24,348 nucleotides of DNA from Bugula neritina. Its lineage: Eukaryota; Animalia; Bryozoa. A program made the translations under genes and the position numbers. Shown here in pieces: positions 11,293-23,115 of this stretch. The stretch spans positions 23,264 through 47,611 of the forward strand of contig CAXIUT010000069.1 in NCBI GenBank assembly GCA_964035545.1, given 5' to 3'. Under the pieces are notes generated by a model. The model worked only from the letters and a program-made list of their open reading frames with translations, searched no databases and was not told where the DNA came from. Within the stretch, counting starts at the first letter, position 1. Each line of letters opens with the position of its first letter.

Positions 11293-12318
11293 ATGATAGC
11301 ACTACTCTTGCTCTTGACAATCACCATACCCACCAGCACATCATCTCTTGAAGATTACTAACAATAAGAAAAGAAGAATCCAGAGATATTATTCGATAAG
11401 ATATCTCTTTCTCCAGAATAGCATCACTATCCTACAATTCCAAAATTATTTTTTTTGACTCCTTGGAATAAAGAAGGCTTCACTCTCACGATAAAACACG
11501 CACATAAAATAAATTACGTCAGTCCTTGTTGGTACTCCCTTCAAACAGATAAAAACAGTCAACCTATCTTTTAAAACTAGCATAACTACGATCACTCATA
11601 TGCTGTAGACATCAAAAAAGCTAATCAAAATATCAAATTGGTCCCAAGAATATACGTTGATGGAAGCCAAACATCTTTCTTTCAGAGCATTGGCAGTAGT
11701 AGAAGTAAGTTTATCAAAGCGATTGATTTGATAGTAGAGTTGGTAGAAGAGAAAGGTTTTGATGGAATAGTCTGGGACACACCTTTCAACTTCTTTTAAA
11801 ATACTAGAAATGCTATCAACCACCTCATTTCTGACTTCCTCAACACACTCAAAACTAAACTACCAAAACATCTCCTCCTTTTCAATATGGCCAATCCTAT
11901 CGATCACCAAAAAACACTAGACATACAACTATATCGTTCTCTGGCTGTAGATCTATTGCTTGTTCAAAACTATGACAAAGGAGGTCGCTATCTTGATCTA
12001 GTGAAGAGATCAATTGAATGGAAACAAACGATAAACACTAAAGCCTCCTTGATTCTAATGCTTCCATTCTTTACTGTTTCATAAAAAGAAGGATCAATTA
12101 GTACAGTAGATGCTGCTAAGGTATTAGCCAGTGATGGAATTGGCGGTTCAAGGATGTCGCAAGGGATGTGTCTGTATTCGTCTAAAACGAGGAAAAGATA
12201 CTATGTTCCTTGTTATCGATATTTTAAAGAGGTGTTCAAATATGCTGAAGAAGCGTAAGTGGGAGTTGGTTTCTGGGAGGCAGGCAATGGTCTAGAAATA
12301 TATTATCATTTCCTTTGA
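11293..12318 (+). CDS. CHID1: Chitinase domain-containing protein 1-like (GH18 fold, probably non-catalytic), signal peptide, 341 aa
   Basis: Hydrophobic N-terminus; FLTPWNKEG, YVSPCWY, LVPRI, GFDGIVWD and terminal GVGFWEAGNGLEIYYHFL match CHID1/SI-CLP hallmarks. 1026 nt, intronless. Confidence 0.88.
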
Positions 12319-12406
12319 TTTTAATTCTTTATTTATGTTCTGATGATGTATCGGCCACATAGAACCTTCAAATAAGAGAAAGCATTAGGTTTATTGATGA
12401 TATATA

Positions 12407-13454
12407 TCATAATCCCGTTGTATCGATGCCGTTGTCCCATATTCTTTTGAGTCTAGTTCCGTTTCCATCGTAGATATATCCGATTCCATGTGGAAGGTCA
12501 TTGCTGAACTATCCTTCATAAGCGACTGCATTGGTCGAGTTGTAAATAGTTCCATTTCCTTCTTTTTTGCCCATATTGTAGTCGCCCACATACTTGAGTC
12601 CAGTTACAAAGTTAAAAACTCCTTTGCCATGCTTCTACCCCTCTTTGAATGTTCCTTCGTATATTCCTTGTGGATCTTTCAGATAACCTTTATCATCAAA
12701 TAGCTACCCTATCCTTCAAATTTGTCGTCAATCAAACTGAAGTGTCCGATATATTTGTACTATTTTCCTTGACTATCTTTCCAAGTATAGGTTCCTTTCG
12801 ATTTATGTCCTTCATAGTACTACCCCTGATATTAATGTTAAGGTCCTTTTTCCTTTCCAGTTCCATGGAATTTGTTCTTTTTGAAATGGCCATTATACTA
12901 AAACTTTCCAGAAGTGTAGACTCCTTAGCCTTAGGCCATATTATGGAGGAAATGTCCTTAGTAGTAAGATCCATCTTTCATGACGTATACTCCCTCGCCA
13001 TGAGCTTTACCAGACTTCCACTATCCAAGGTAGACAGGTCCATCAGTTTTGAATATTTTTCCGAATCCGTCTGGGTATAAATTGTTCTATCTGGTGGAAG
13101 GAATACTGAGTCGAGTTGTCCCACATAGACTTACTTTCCATACTGCTTGACAGCTTTTCGATCGTGTATTTTGGATTAGAGTAGTTCTGCTTTAATGAAC
13201 TAATTACTGTACATATCTATTCTTTCTCGTACTATTTTAGGAGGTTAAGGAATCTATGGCTGTTCTTCTTCAATTACAAAGCTCATAGGTTTTTATGTGA
13301 TCCCGTTTTATTGTTTTGTCGGTAGTTGCTTTTATGGTGAGACTCTCAGAGGCGAGGAGTTGCGACTTGTCACTTTGTTTATCTTTATCTACTATTTCGG
13401 ATAAACTTGCTTGTATTCAGCTTGCTCGGGTTGACAACACTGTTGGTTTCCCAT
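12407..13454 (-). CDS. MORN-repeat protein with MGNQQCC N-terminus, 335 aa, 2 introns
   Basis: Repeated YxGxWxxGxxHGxG units (YLGEWKSGKAHGEG, YEGTFKEGEKHGKG, YEGEFSNDLPHGIG). 1008 nt after removing introns 12688-12707 and 13087-13106. Confidence 0.92.
12688..12707 (-). other. 20-nt intron
   Basis: GTAGCTATTTGATGATAAAG on the minus strand; removal restores the MORN register (FEGEGYLKD..YEG). Confidence 0.9.
13087..13106 (-). other. 20-nt intron
   Basis: GTATTCCTTCCACCAGATAG on the minus strand; removal gives YVGQLDSNNLYPDGFG. Confidence 0.87.
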
Positions 13455-13623
13455 CTAAAATTATATTTGAATTATTATCAATTGTGTCCTATCAATTCAT
13501 CAGACCTATCTACTGAAGCTAACCCAATAATCATAGACAATATTTCTGTATCAATCGACAACTCTTTTGATTTGAGATTTAAACTATTATATCGTTTCAA
13601 ATGATAAGTTATTTGATAGTTAT

Positions 13624-15294
13624 ATGGACCGTGATATACCAACCTATAACCCTGTAGTTGTAGGTAAAATACAACAAAAAAACTTGACTCTTCACTACCA
13701 ACGTCTCCATTCTATAAAAGTACAATAGGTGTGATAAAGTCATCAAACTACTCCCGTTTGAATCAGTCTTCAAGCAGTTATAGTCGTCAGAATAAGAAGG
13801 CAGTTCAGTTACAATAAGATAAGAAGACCGAGATAGAGAAACATAATGTGATGTTATTTAATAAGATGGCAAAGATAATGAAAAGAAATGATCCTTGCAA
13901 TCGACCATCAGCCACTCAAAATAAATTGAATTTGAGGAATTCTGTGAAGGTGAATGAGATACAACAGCAGAATAGAAGTAGAATAGTTGTGATATAGCAA
14001 TGTACGAAAGGTTGGCAGGGCAGAAACCTACAATAGATCGACGTAAGTTTCAGGCAGATCGTAAAAAGAATGAAAATATATTAAAGTTTTTAGGAAAGTA
14101 TTCTGAGCATGCTAAGCAAAATGCTACTCAGACAAGTTTTAGGACCTCACAGGGTAGAAGTCAAGTCTCAAAAAATAATCACTATCTCTAAAGTGCCTAG
14201 ATGTGTTCAGCCATGTAGATGAGGCCAAGTCGTTATAACTAGCCTTACCAGTGTATTTATTTGATAAAGTAGTTGATGAGGAGGTGGATGAGGTTTAGTT
14301 TCAACGTCATCTCTAAAACATCAATCGCAAGAAAGCATATAGTTCTACGAGTTATCCTAAAACTGAGCAGACTGAAGGAGAAAAGGAGGTACCAATAAGT
14401 GCAAAAAATATAATTTTATATAAGAAGCAAAGAGATATCTAGGGTCAGCTTATGGAAGTATCTATAATTCGTAATCATAATAATTATTAAATTCGAGCAC
14501 AGGGTATTGGTTAATAGCATATTTATCGGATGGTTTTAAGTGAAGAAGAGGGGAGTGAGTTGTTGGAGATAAGTAACTATAATTATAGAGCTATTGTCTA
14601 TCGCTTGATTATCAACTAGGGAGAGTTGCACTTAGATTAGCATTCTTATTAAGAATAATCATAAGTCAACTCCTTTCAGATGAATAGTCGAGAAGAGGAG
14701 AGGACCTTTAAAAGACCATCCGTTCAGTTTTTCAATAGCTCACATATTAGTTAACAAAATTAAGAAGAAAGCTTTAGACCGAATTAGTCAGTATTGAAAA
14801 GTCCTTAAAGAAGAGAATAAAAAAAATTAGGAAGTGTTGATAGTTTAGGACCAGAGTAGTCTTTGGAGTTTAAAGAGGAAATCAAATAAGAAGAAGAGGA
14901 ACATTAAGCAGCTCAAAATTACAATCAAAGTGAAAATAGATAAAGATAAGAGTCGAAAGAATAGTATAAATAAGGATGTAAAGAGCAGAAGGAAGAGAAA
15001 TCACTTGAGTATTCAGAAAAGCCATAAAGGTAATAATAATAGAATGGATAATAAAAATAAAATGAATAATAAAAGCATAAATAATAACCTAGCTAAGAAG
15101 AATTTCGGCCAAAGTTATAATCTTACAGACTAGAAAAATTATAATACAACTAGAGCAAAGATCCAACGAACTAGCCAGCAACAGGCCGCGATTCATTTCC
15201 CTCTTTACCTTTAAAAAAGCAATAGATGTAGCTAACTTTCAATCCTTGTAAAATATAGTCATACGAGTAAGCATTGGACTAGTAAATAATTTGA
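13624..15294 (+). CDS. CFAP97/KIAA1430-like domain protein with a long Glu-rich C-terminus, 536 aa, 3 introns
   Basis: N-terminal pattern HYQRL..K / QLQEDKKTEIEKHNVMLFNKMAKI / EIQQQNRTMYERL..QKP resembles the CFAP97 (Hemingway/KIAA1430) domain, recognised from memory. 1611 nt after removing three 20-nt introns; ends in TGA. Confidence 0.72.
13720..13739 (+). other. 20-nt intron
   Basis: GTACAATAGGTGTGATAAAG; contains an in-frame TGA, and removal restores the frame. Confidence 0.87.
13978..13997 (+). other. 20-nt intron
   Basis: GTAGAATAGTTGTGATATAG; removal joins QQQNR to TMYERL. Confidence 0.87.
14253..14272 (+). other. 20-nt intron
   Basis: GTATTTATTTGATAAAGTAG; removal joins into the roughly 1-kb downstream frame (QFDEEVDE). 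Confidence 0.82.
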
Positions 15295-17610
15295 TATCAT
15301 TTTTATAATACTTAGATTGATGTTATTTTATGATACTTAGGTTGATGTTATTTTATGATACTTAGGTTGATGTTATTTTATGATACTTAGGTTGATGTTA
15401 TTTTATGATACTTAGGTTGATGTTATTTTATGATACTTAGGTTGATGTTATTTTATGATACTTAGGTTGATGTTATTTTATGATACTTAGGTTGATGTTA
15501 TTTTATGATACTTAGGTTGATGTTATTTTATGATACTTAGGTTGATGTTATTTTATGATACTTAGGTTGATGTTATTTTATGATACTTAGGTTGATGTTA
15601 TTTTATGATACTTAGGTTGATGTTATTTTATGATACTTAGGTTGATGTTATTTTATGATACTTAGGTTGATGTTATTTTATGATACTTAGGTTGATGTTA
15701 TTTTATGATACTTAGGTTGATGTTATTTTATGATACTTAGGTTGATGTTATTTTATGATACTTAGGTTGATGTTATTTTATGATACTTAGGTTGATGTTA
15801 TTTTATGATACTTAGGTTGATGTTATTTTATGATACTTAGGTTGATGTTATTTTATGATACTTAGGTTGATGTTATTTTATGATACTTAGGTTGATGTTA
15901 TTTTATGATACTTAGGTTGATGTTATTTTATGATACTTAGGTTGATGTTATTTTATGATACTTAGGTTGATGTTATTTTATGATACTTAGGTTGATGTTA
16001 TTTTATGATACTTAGGTTGATGTTATTTTATGATACTTAGGTTGATGTTATTTTATGATACTTAGGTTGATGTTATTTTATGATACTTAGGTTGATGTTA
16101 TTTTATGATACTTAGGTTGATGTTATTTTATGATACTTAGGTTGATGTTATTTTATGATACTTAGGTTGATGTTATTTTATGATACTTAGGTTGATGTTA
16201 TTTTATGATACTTAGGTTGATGTTATTTTATGATACTTAGGTTGATGTTATTTTATGATACTTAGGTTGATGTTATTTTATGATACTTAGGTTGATGTTA
16301 TTTTATGATACTTAGGTTGATGTTATTTTATGATACTTAGGTTGATGTTATTTTATGATACTTAGGTTGATGTTATTTTATGATACTTAGGTTGATGTTA
16401 TTTTATGATACTTAGGTTGATGTTATTTTATGATACTTAGGTTGATGTTATTTTATGATACTTAGGTTGATGTTATTTTATGATACTTAGGTTGATGTTA
16501 TTTTATGATACTTAGGTTGATGTTATTTTATGATACTTAGGTTGATGTTATTTTATGATACTTAGGTTGATGTTATTTTATGATACTTAGGTTGATGTTA
16601 TTTTATGATACTTAGGTTGATGTTATTTTATGATACTTAGGTTGATGTTATTTTATGATACTTAGGTTGATGTTATTTTATGATACTTAGGTTGATGTTA
16701 TTTTATGATACTTAGGTTGATGTTATTTTATGATACTTAGGTTGATGTTATTTTATGATACTTAGGTTGATGTTATTTTATGATACTTAGGTTGATGTTA
16801 TTTTATGATACTTAGGTTGATGTTATTTTATGATACTTAGGTTGATGTTATTTTATGATACTTAGGTTGATGTTATTTTATGATACTTAGGTTGATGTTA
16901 TTTTATGATACTTAGGTTGATGTTATTTTATGATACTTAGGTTGATGTTATTTTATGATACTTAGGTTGATGTTATTTTATGATACTTAGGTTGATGTTA
17001 TTTTATGATACTTAGGTTGATGTTATTTTATGATACTTAGGTTGATGTTATTTTATGATACTTAGGTTGATGTTATTTTATGATACTTAGGTTGATGTTA
17101 TTTTATGATACTTAGGTTGATGTTATTTTATGATACTTAGGTTGATGTTATTTTATGATACTTAGGTTGATGTTATTTTATGATACTTAGGTTGATGTTA
17201 TTTTATGATACTTAGGTTGATGTTATTTTATGATACTTAGGTTGATGTTATTTTATGATACTTAGGTTGATGTTATTTTATGATACTTAGGTTGATGTTA
17301 TTTTATGATACTTAGGTTGATGTTATTTTATGATACTTAGGTTGATGTTATTTTATGATACTTAGGTTGATGTTATTTTATGATACTTAGGTTGATGTTA
17401 TTTTATGATACTTAGGTTGATGTTATTTTATGATACTTAGGTTGATGTTATTTTATGATACTTAGGTTGATGTTATTTTATGATACTTAGGTTGATGTTA
17501 TTTTATGATACTTAGGTTGATGTTATTTTATGATACTTAGGTTGATGTTATTTTATGATACTTAGGTTGATGTTATTTTATGATACTTAGGTTGATGTTA
17601 TTTTATGATA
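15291..17610. repeat. Minisatellite, 25-bp unit TGATACTTAGGTTGATGTTATTTTA, about 92 copies
   Basis: Apparently invariant units over 15331-17610 (2280 nt, about 91 copies), plus about 1.5 degenerate copies at 15291-15330. Confidence 0.98.
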
Positions 17611-17629
17611 TTTAAATTCGATAAGCCAA

Positions 17630-20600
17630 ATGTAGCAGACATAGTCTAAGTCTTCATAGTTGATAACTTAGAAGAAGTCTCCTTTGCTTCAGCTTTTGAT
17701 AAGTTTGAAGCATTCGATATTCGATGTGCTGTTCGTGATGCTGGATAAGACTTCTAACTAGGCCTAGGACGTGACTATAATAAGCATGATATATGAATCT
17801 GGAGTGGACTACATGCAGATGATGCAGTTTCCATTTACTGCAACAATCATAATGGTCTGGAACGGAGGCTAAACTCTGAACAACATATTTAACATATTGA
17901 CTAAAATAATGTCGATTAGCAATCTTATGCCCAGCATAAACTATAATGCCTTTTTGGTGAGTTTGCACCTTCTTAATCTGTTGATAGTCCTGACTATAAT
18001 GGACATTATCTATGTGAGTTATTCTTTTAACAAAAAGAAATTCAAATTTACTCTCCCTCTCGTCCTATTGGCACAAATTGTCCCACTCTTCGTTACCTTT
18101 CTCTTTATACCTGTCACTGAATTCTTGCTCAATATTATTAATTGTAATCCTTCAGATGATGATCCTGGCATTCAGGTTTTGTAGTATTTTCCTGACGTGG
18201 TTTGCTTTTCTGGTGCACACATTATACATGCTAGTATTACTCTGTTCTTTACCTCCATCTTCGTTATCATATCTAGTGTCGTTGCCTTAACTCTATTCGA
18301 ACCCAGAATCACGGCTAAAACTATTGCCGCTCGTAAATCATCAGATGGGGAGGTCATTTTTATCATCAATAAAATTATATGTCAATTCTTTTTTAGTTTT
18401 ACTCCTTTTTAGCAAACTTGGATCTATGTAGTACTCATGTTCTTTCCTGCACTATGGTTGTTCTATTTTTATCACTTCAATCAGCCATATTATAACAGAT
18501 AAGTAGGAAAACTATATAGAATATTTTCTGCTTATTACTTTTGGACTGTCTTTATGTTGACAGTTAGTCAGGTGAGTATTCTATTGAACTTTTATTTTGA
18601 AGGATCCATGGTGATATGGTTTTGTGGACTACCCTTCATAGGCATGAATATAGCTTACTAATCTAAATCTAATATCGATAACCTTTTTTCCTCTAATCTT
18701 AAATTCAAATCAGGATAGTAGCTGTAGGCTCATTTAATGTACGTGCTGAAGTTGATTCACGATCGTCAGAAAGATGAGAATGCCAATATGTTGCTCGTTG
18801 GTTATATTGAGAAGCATATTTAGACTTGCGTGGAAGACGACTGTCCCATAAAGGTTAAAAAACATAAAAAATAGTAGCTTTTAAGCGAAATGTAGTAAAA
18901 TTGCAAATTACTAATTATTCAAATTGAGAGGATGTACAGACAGGGAATCAAAAAATATCCTAATTGTACTAAACTACACATCTCCTTTGCATTCTTCTAT
19001 ATGGAAAAAATTATCATCAAATGCAAAAGCTTATGAAGAATTTGTTCTAGCAGAAAAAGCCTCTCCTTCTTTTGTTTAAGAGTTCATTATCTATCGATTT
19101 AAAAAAATCATTAAAGAAAAACTAGAGGAAAATAAATAGTAAAATGACCTGATTGAGGTCATCCGTTTCGATAACCATGTTTCACTGTGTGAGGAATCGA
19201 TGGTCCAATCAGCCAAACTGCACAAGTAGTTTTGGACTTAGCTCGAGGAGTAAACACCCAACTTGGCCAAACTCAACTAGACTGGAGGTAAGATCATAGA
19301 AATAGTAAATAACGTCAAAATGAATTATAACTAGGTGAAGAAGATAAATAGTAGATCACCATAAATAATCCATAATTACGGAGTATATTCTCTGTTTATA
19401 GGGCAGAAGGCAGGATAGGCAAGACGATGTCTTTCTCAGGCTAAGAAAGCTTACTACTAGAAGAAATCAAAGGGAGAGCTAGCGACCAATGACACCTTAG
19501 AAATGGACTCATCTAACTCTTGCATAACTGTGAGTGCATGTGCATCATCGATGGGTAAAATATTATCGGTGAATGATAATTTTGTGGAGATGTCTGGCTA
19601 CCTGAAAGAATAAATCACAGAGAAATCAATATAGAAGATATTGCCGCAAGTGATGATGTTTTATCACGAGAGGGCTATGGGTCGATGGTTGATGGACACT
19701 TCCAAGACATACATGAATGACTCTAGCAATGGGTATTTTAAAGAATTGCATAGTGGTTTTCTTAAACAGAAAAATGGTTTTGTGGTTCCTGTCTACTATC
19801 GAGTCAATTACGGAATATTCTAGTAAAAGTTTTATGTCTATTTTAAACACTAAAAGGAGTACAGTGATTCTTTCGAATTTAAAATGTATGTTATCACTGA
19901 TGGAAAAGGCATGATCAAAGACGTCTCTTCCCTTGCTTTCGCATACTTCTTTGTCCACGAGGACAACCTTTCATCCACCTAAAGGTATATTGATTAATTT
20001 GGCATCAATTTTACTGACAATTTTATGTACGAGGAAGGTGTGGTGGCTAATGTCTGGAAAAAGCCTTTGGGAAGAGGTGGCATGTCTTTTGATTCTCGAT
20101 CTAGGGGAGGGATGTCTGTGGACTAGCTATCTAAATACTAGTAAGAGGGATAGTAGTTTTATGTGAAGGCTGAAAGGATATTGATGCCTTTTGACTAGTA
20201 GCAAGAATAGGAATTATAGTATTGTTTGATAGCTAAGAATGGGAAGAGGTAGATTGGGACAATTCTTTAGTTTTAGAAATTGCCAGTCTAGCGTAAAATA
20301 AACCGTGATATCCAGGTTGATTCTTTGCAGAAGTATGGACGTGATATAATGGATTTATACGAGCCAGTCCATGAATGCGATGAGGAGAATCCTTTGATGG
20401 GAGATAGTAGAAGTCGTTTCAGAGGGATGAATTGTATGTTCGAGGAGATAGTTAATAGTACTAGTGAGTTAGAGCACAAGGAGAGGACATTTATTGACTA
20501 TGCCGGTAAGATAAAGACCTATCGTCTACAGGGAGGAGGCGAGATGAAGCGAGTGATGGAGAAGTACTAGTAGACTTTGAGTGACTGTTCTGAGGGAGAT

Positions 20601-22316
20601 GATGAGGGGATGGTCTTGAGTGAGTTCTAAATGTAGAAATTGAAAAACCCTGTCTTTGTCGAAAAGATACTGGCAGCTATTAATACTAATATCGATCACC
20701 GAGAGGTGGGCTTGTTGAAATGGGGATTTGTGGTATTTTTGGTGGGAGTGGTGGGTCTTTCTATTTTGAATTTCATTGCTGTTCGATAGTAATTCAGAAA
20801 GATAGAAGCGAGTATGCAGGACTACGAGTTGTGGATGAAAGACCAATTTTTTATCAGCAACCTCTTGCATTTATCTTATAACGTGACATCCGAGGCTAAT
20901 ATAACATAAGCAATGTAGCGGCATCGAGAGTATGCCCGTAGCTATGTGATAAAATTTGATCCTGAGTTAGATGTGGATTTGTACTAGATGGACAACATAG
21001 CAAAGCGTGTGAAGTTGAACCATGCGATGACTTGGCTGCAGGGTCACCTTTTAAACTTCTTTTAGAATTCTACCTTAGCATTTTAAAGAAACTTATCTTA
21101 TAAGAACTATTATATAGGTTTGTATGATACATTGGTCTACTTTTAACCTCAGAACTAGGTGACATTTGTGTTGACTTTGGTGTATTTTATGTTGATGCTG
21201 GTGATAGGGGTGGCGGTGGTGGTGTTATGGGTGTATAACGTGATGAGGATAGACGTGAAGTGTTTTGATATCATACTATGGTTTTTGGATATTCCTTTGA
21301 GCTATGTGAATTATTTGCAGGTGAATTGCATAAGCTACATAAAGAACCGAGTTCCTGTGAAGGAGTTGATGTAGAAGGGTATTAATTTTCATGATAGGAA
21401 TTTATACTTATAGTAGTATTCTGGTTCTGAAGACAGAATGGAGGATAAATTTAACTAGTAGAACAAGTAAAGGAAAATTATGATAGCTAGATTCAAAAAA
21501 AAAACATTGCTATCTCGTTGCTAATGTGCCTATCTGCAGTTGTTGTGGCTACTGGTCTATTCTCTTCTTTTCAGTGTTGTATTTTTTGTCGGTTTGTAGC
21601 GATAGAAGTCCTTTTATAATTTTTTGAGCAGCTAGTGGAAGATGGTGGGTCGATAGTTTGTGTGGAGTGCTTCTATACCTAATAATTTGAGAATGATCAA
21701 AGAACAGAATGTTACTGTGGTTGGTGATATGAGTTTTAGTGAGTTTTAGTTAGGGATCTAATATAAATTTTTGAATCCAATAAATTTCAGAGGAGTGGGT
21801 TCTATTTACGAGTAGATTCTTAACTACGAGGGTTAGATTCGAGGTTCCTTTGAGAAAGCTTTTGAGGGCAATATTTGTTAATTTAAAGTTTATTAAGGAC
21901 AATAGAAATAGTGCAAAAGCTATCTCGAGGGCAAGTTATAAGGAGGAATCAATACCATCTTTACCTATTATGCAACATTATAGTGGAATAGCTATTTATA
22001 GATATAGAAGGTTCAATATGAGTATGTGAATGTGGAGTTGATCAAGTTGTTTGATACTTGGAAAGCTTAGTTCAATGCTTATACTTCAAATATCATCAAT
22101 TTGATGACTGTCTTTTTGGTGTTCTATATCATGCTCTCCTTATTTGGATTTGTTGTCCTTTGGTGGATCTACCTCAATCGATTAAATCTTAAGTTAAATC
22201 AAACCATTCAAATGCTTAATATGATTCCCATCAAAATGATGCCAAAAAGTAGAAAAGATATTCGAGACTTCTTTCAATGGATCATCAAATAATCCAATAG
22301 TCATATTCACTCCTGA
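17630..22316 (+). CDS. Large multi-pass membrane protein with PAS domain (ciliate PAS S-box / TmcB-like family), about 1560 aa
   Basis: N-terminal transmembrane cluster; helical region (GYIEKH..C..CP, Y..GIKKYP, FIIYR, FW.EL); PAS-like GKILSVNDNFVEMSGYLKEEI..ILP..H..FLKQKNGFVVPV; C-terminal transmembrane helices and MLNMIP. One frame except for a single extra A in the run at about 19005-19010. Confidence 0.85.
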
Positions 22317-22358
22317 TCCTCTAATTCATTACCTATCTATATCCTTTCTTACTTAATA

Positions 22359-22694
22359 TTAAAGGTTTATTAAAGTTGATTAAAGTTGGTAAAAGGTTTG
22401 TTAAAGGTTTATTAAAGATTTGTTAAAGTTAATTAAAGGTTTATTGAAGTTGATTAAAGGTTTATTGAAGTTGATTAAAAGTTTATTGAAGTTGATTAAA
22501 AGTTCATTAAAGTCGATAAAGGTTTGTTAAAGTTTTTAAAGTTGATTAAAGGTTCATTAAAGTCGATAAAGGTTTTTTAAAGGTTTATTGAAGTTGATTA
22601 AAGGTTTATTGAAGTTGATTAAAGGTTTATTGAAGTTGATTAAAAGTTTGTTAAAGTTTTTAAAGTTGATTAAAGGTTAATAAAAGTAGATTAA
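22359..22694. repeat. Degenerate intergenic tandem repeat, about 21-bp unit TTAAAGGTTTATTGAAGTTGA
   Basis: About 15 imperfect copies built from 10-11-nt subunits, almost C-free on the + strand. Confidence 0.9.
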
Positions 22695-22701
22695 CGTTAT
22701 T

Positions 22702-23115
22702 ATGATAAGAGAGGGGATAGTAAAGACATCAAGATTGTTTAGAGATGACCAATTATAAAGAGTAGAACCTGCCAGATCGAGGAAGATACTGATGAGATAA
22801 AAGGATATGGGGATAAGAGATGGAGGTAGTTACTAATATCGGATCGATGCAATATACACCTAGTTGTAAGATTAGCTCATAACAGTAAAAAATTAATTCA
22901 GTATAAAGCAAAAATAGATTTCAAGTAACGACAGGATAAGTAAATAATAGAAATAGCGATTGCTGGACCACCAGATAAATATAATGCAGCAATTACTGGT
23001 TAGATTTCGATGGATGTTGAAGAGGTTTTCTCCTAGTGGGTAGGGGGATCATAGTAGTGAGGGTGAGATAGGTCTGAGGGTATCAGAGGCGATAATAGAG
23101 AGTGAGGGTATCTGA
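22702..23115 (+). CDS. Hypothetical protein, 137 aa
   Basis: ATG22702 to TGA23113-23115 is open with TAR=Glu and has a plausible charged composition. No recognisable motif. Confidence 0.55.

Noticed and set aside
15331-17610. CRISPR array or repeat-encoded protein
   Set aside because: Units are directly abutting with no spacers, the context is eukaryotic, and the + strand has TGA recurring in all frames.
19001-19015. Programmed +1 frameshift in the PAS gene
   Set aside because: It is a single extra A in a homopolymer with no adjacent stop codon, unlike Euplotes AAA-TAR sites. A sequencing error is simpler.
22560-23035. Long TGA-free frame on the minus strand
   Set aside because: It has no suitable ATG and runs into the tandem repeat. 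With a single stop codon, long chance frames are common, and the + strand model is more plausible.
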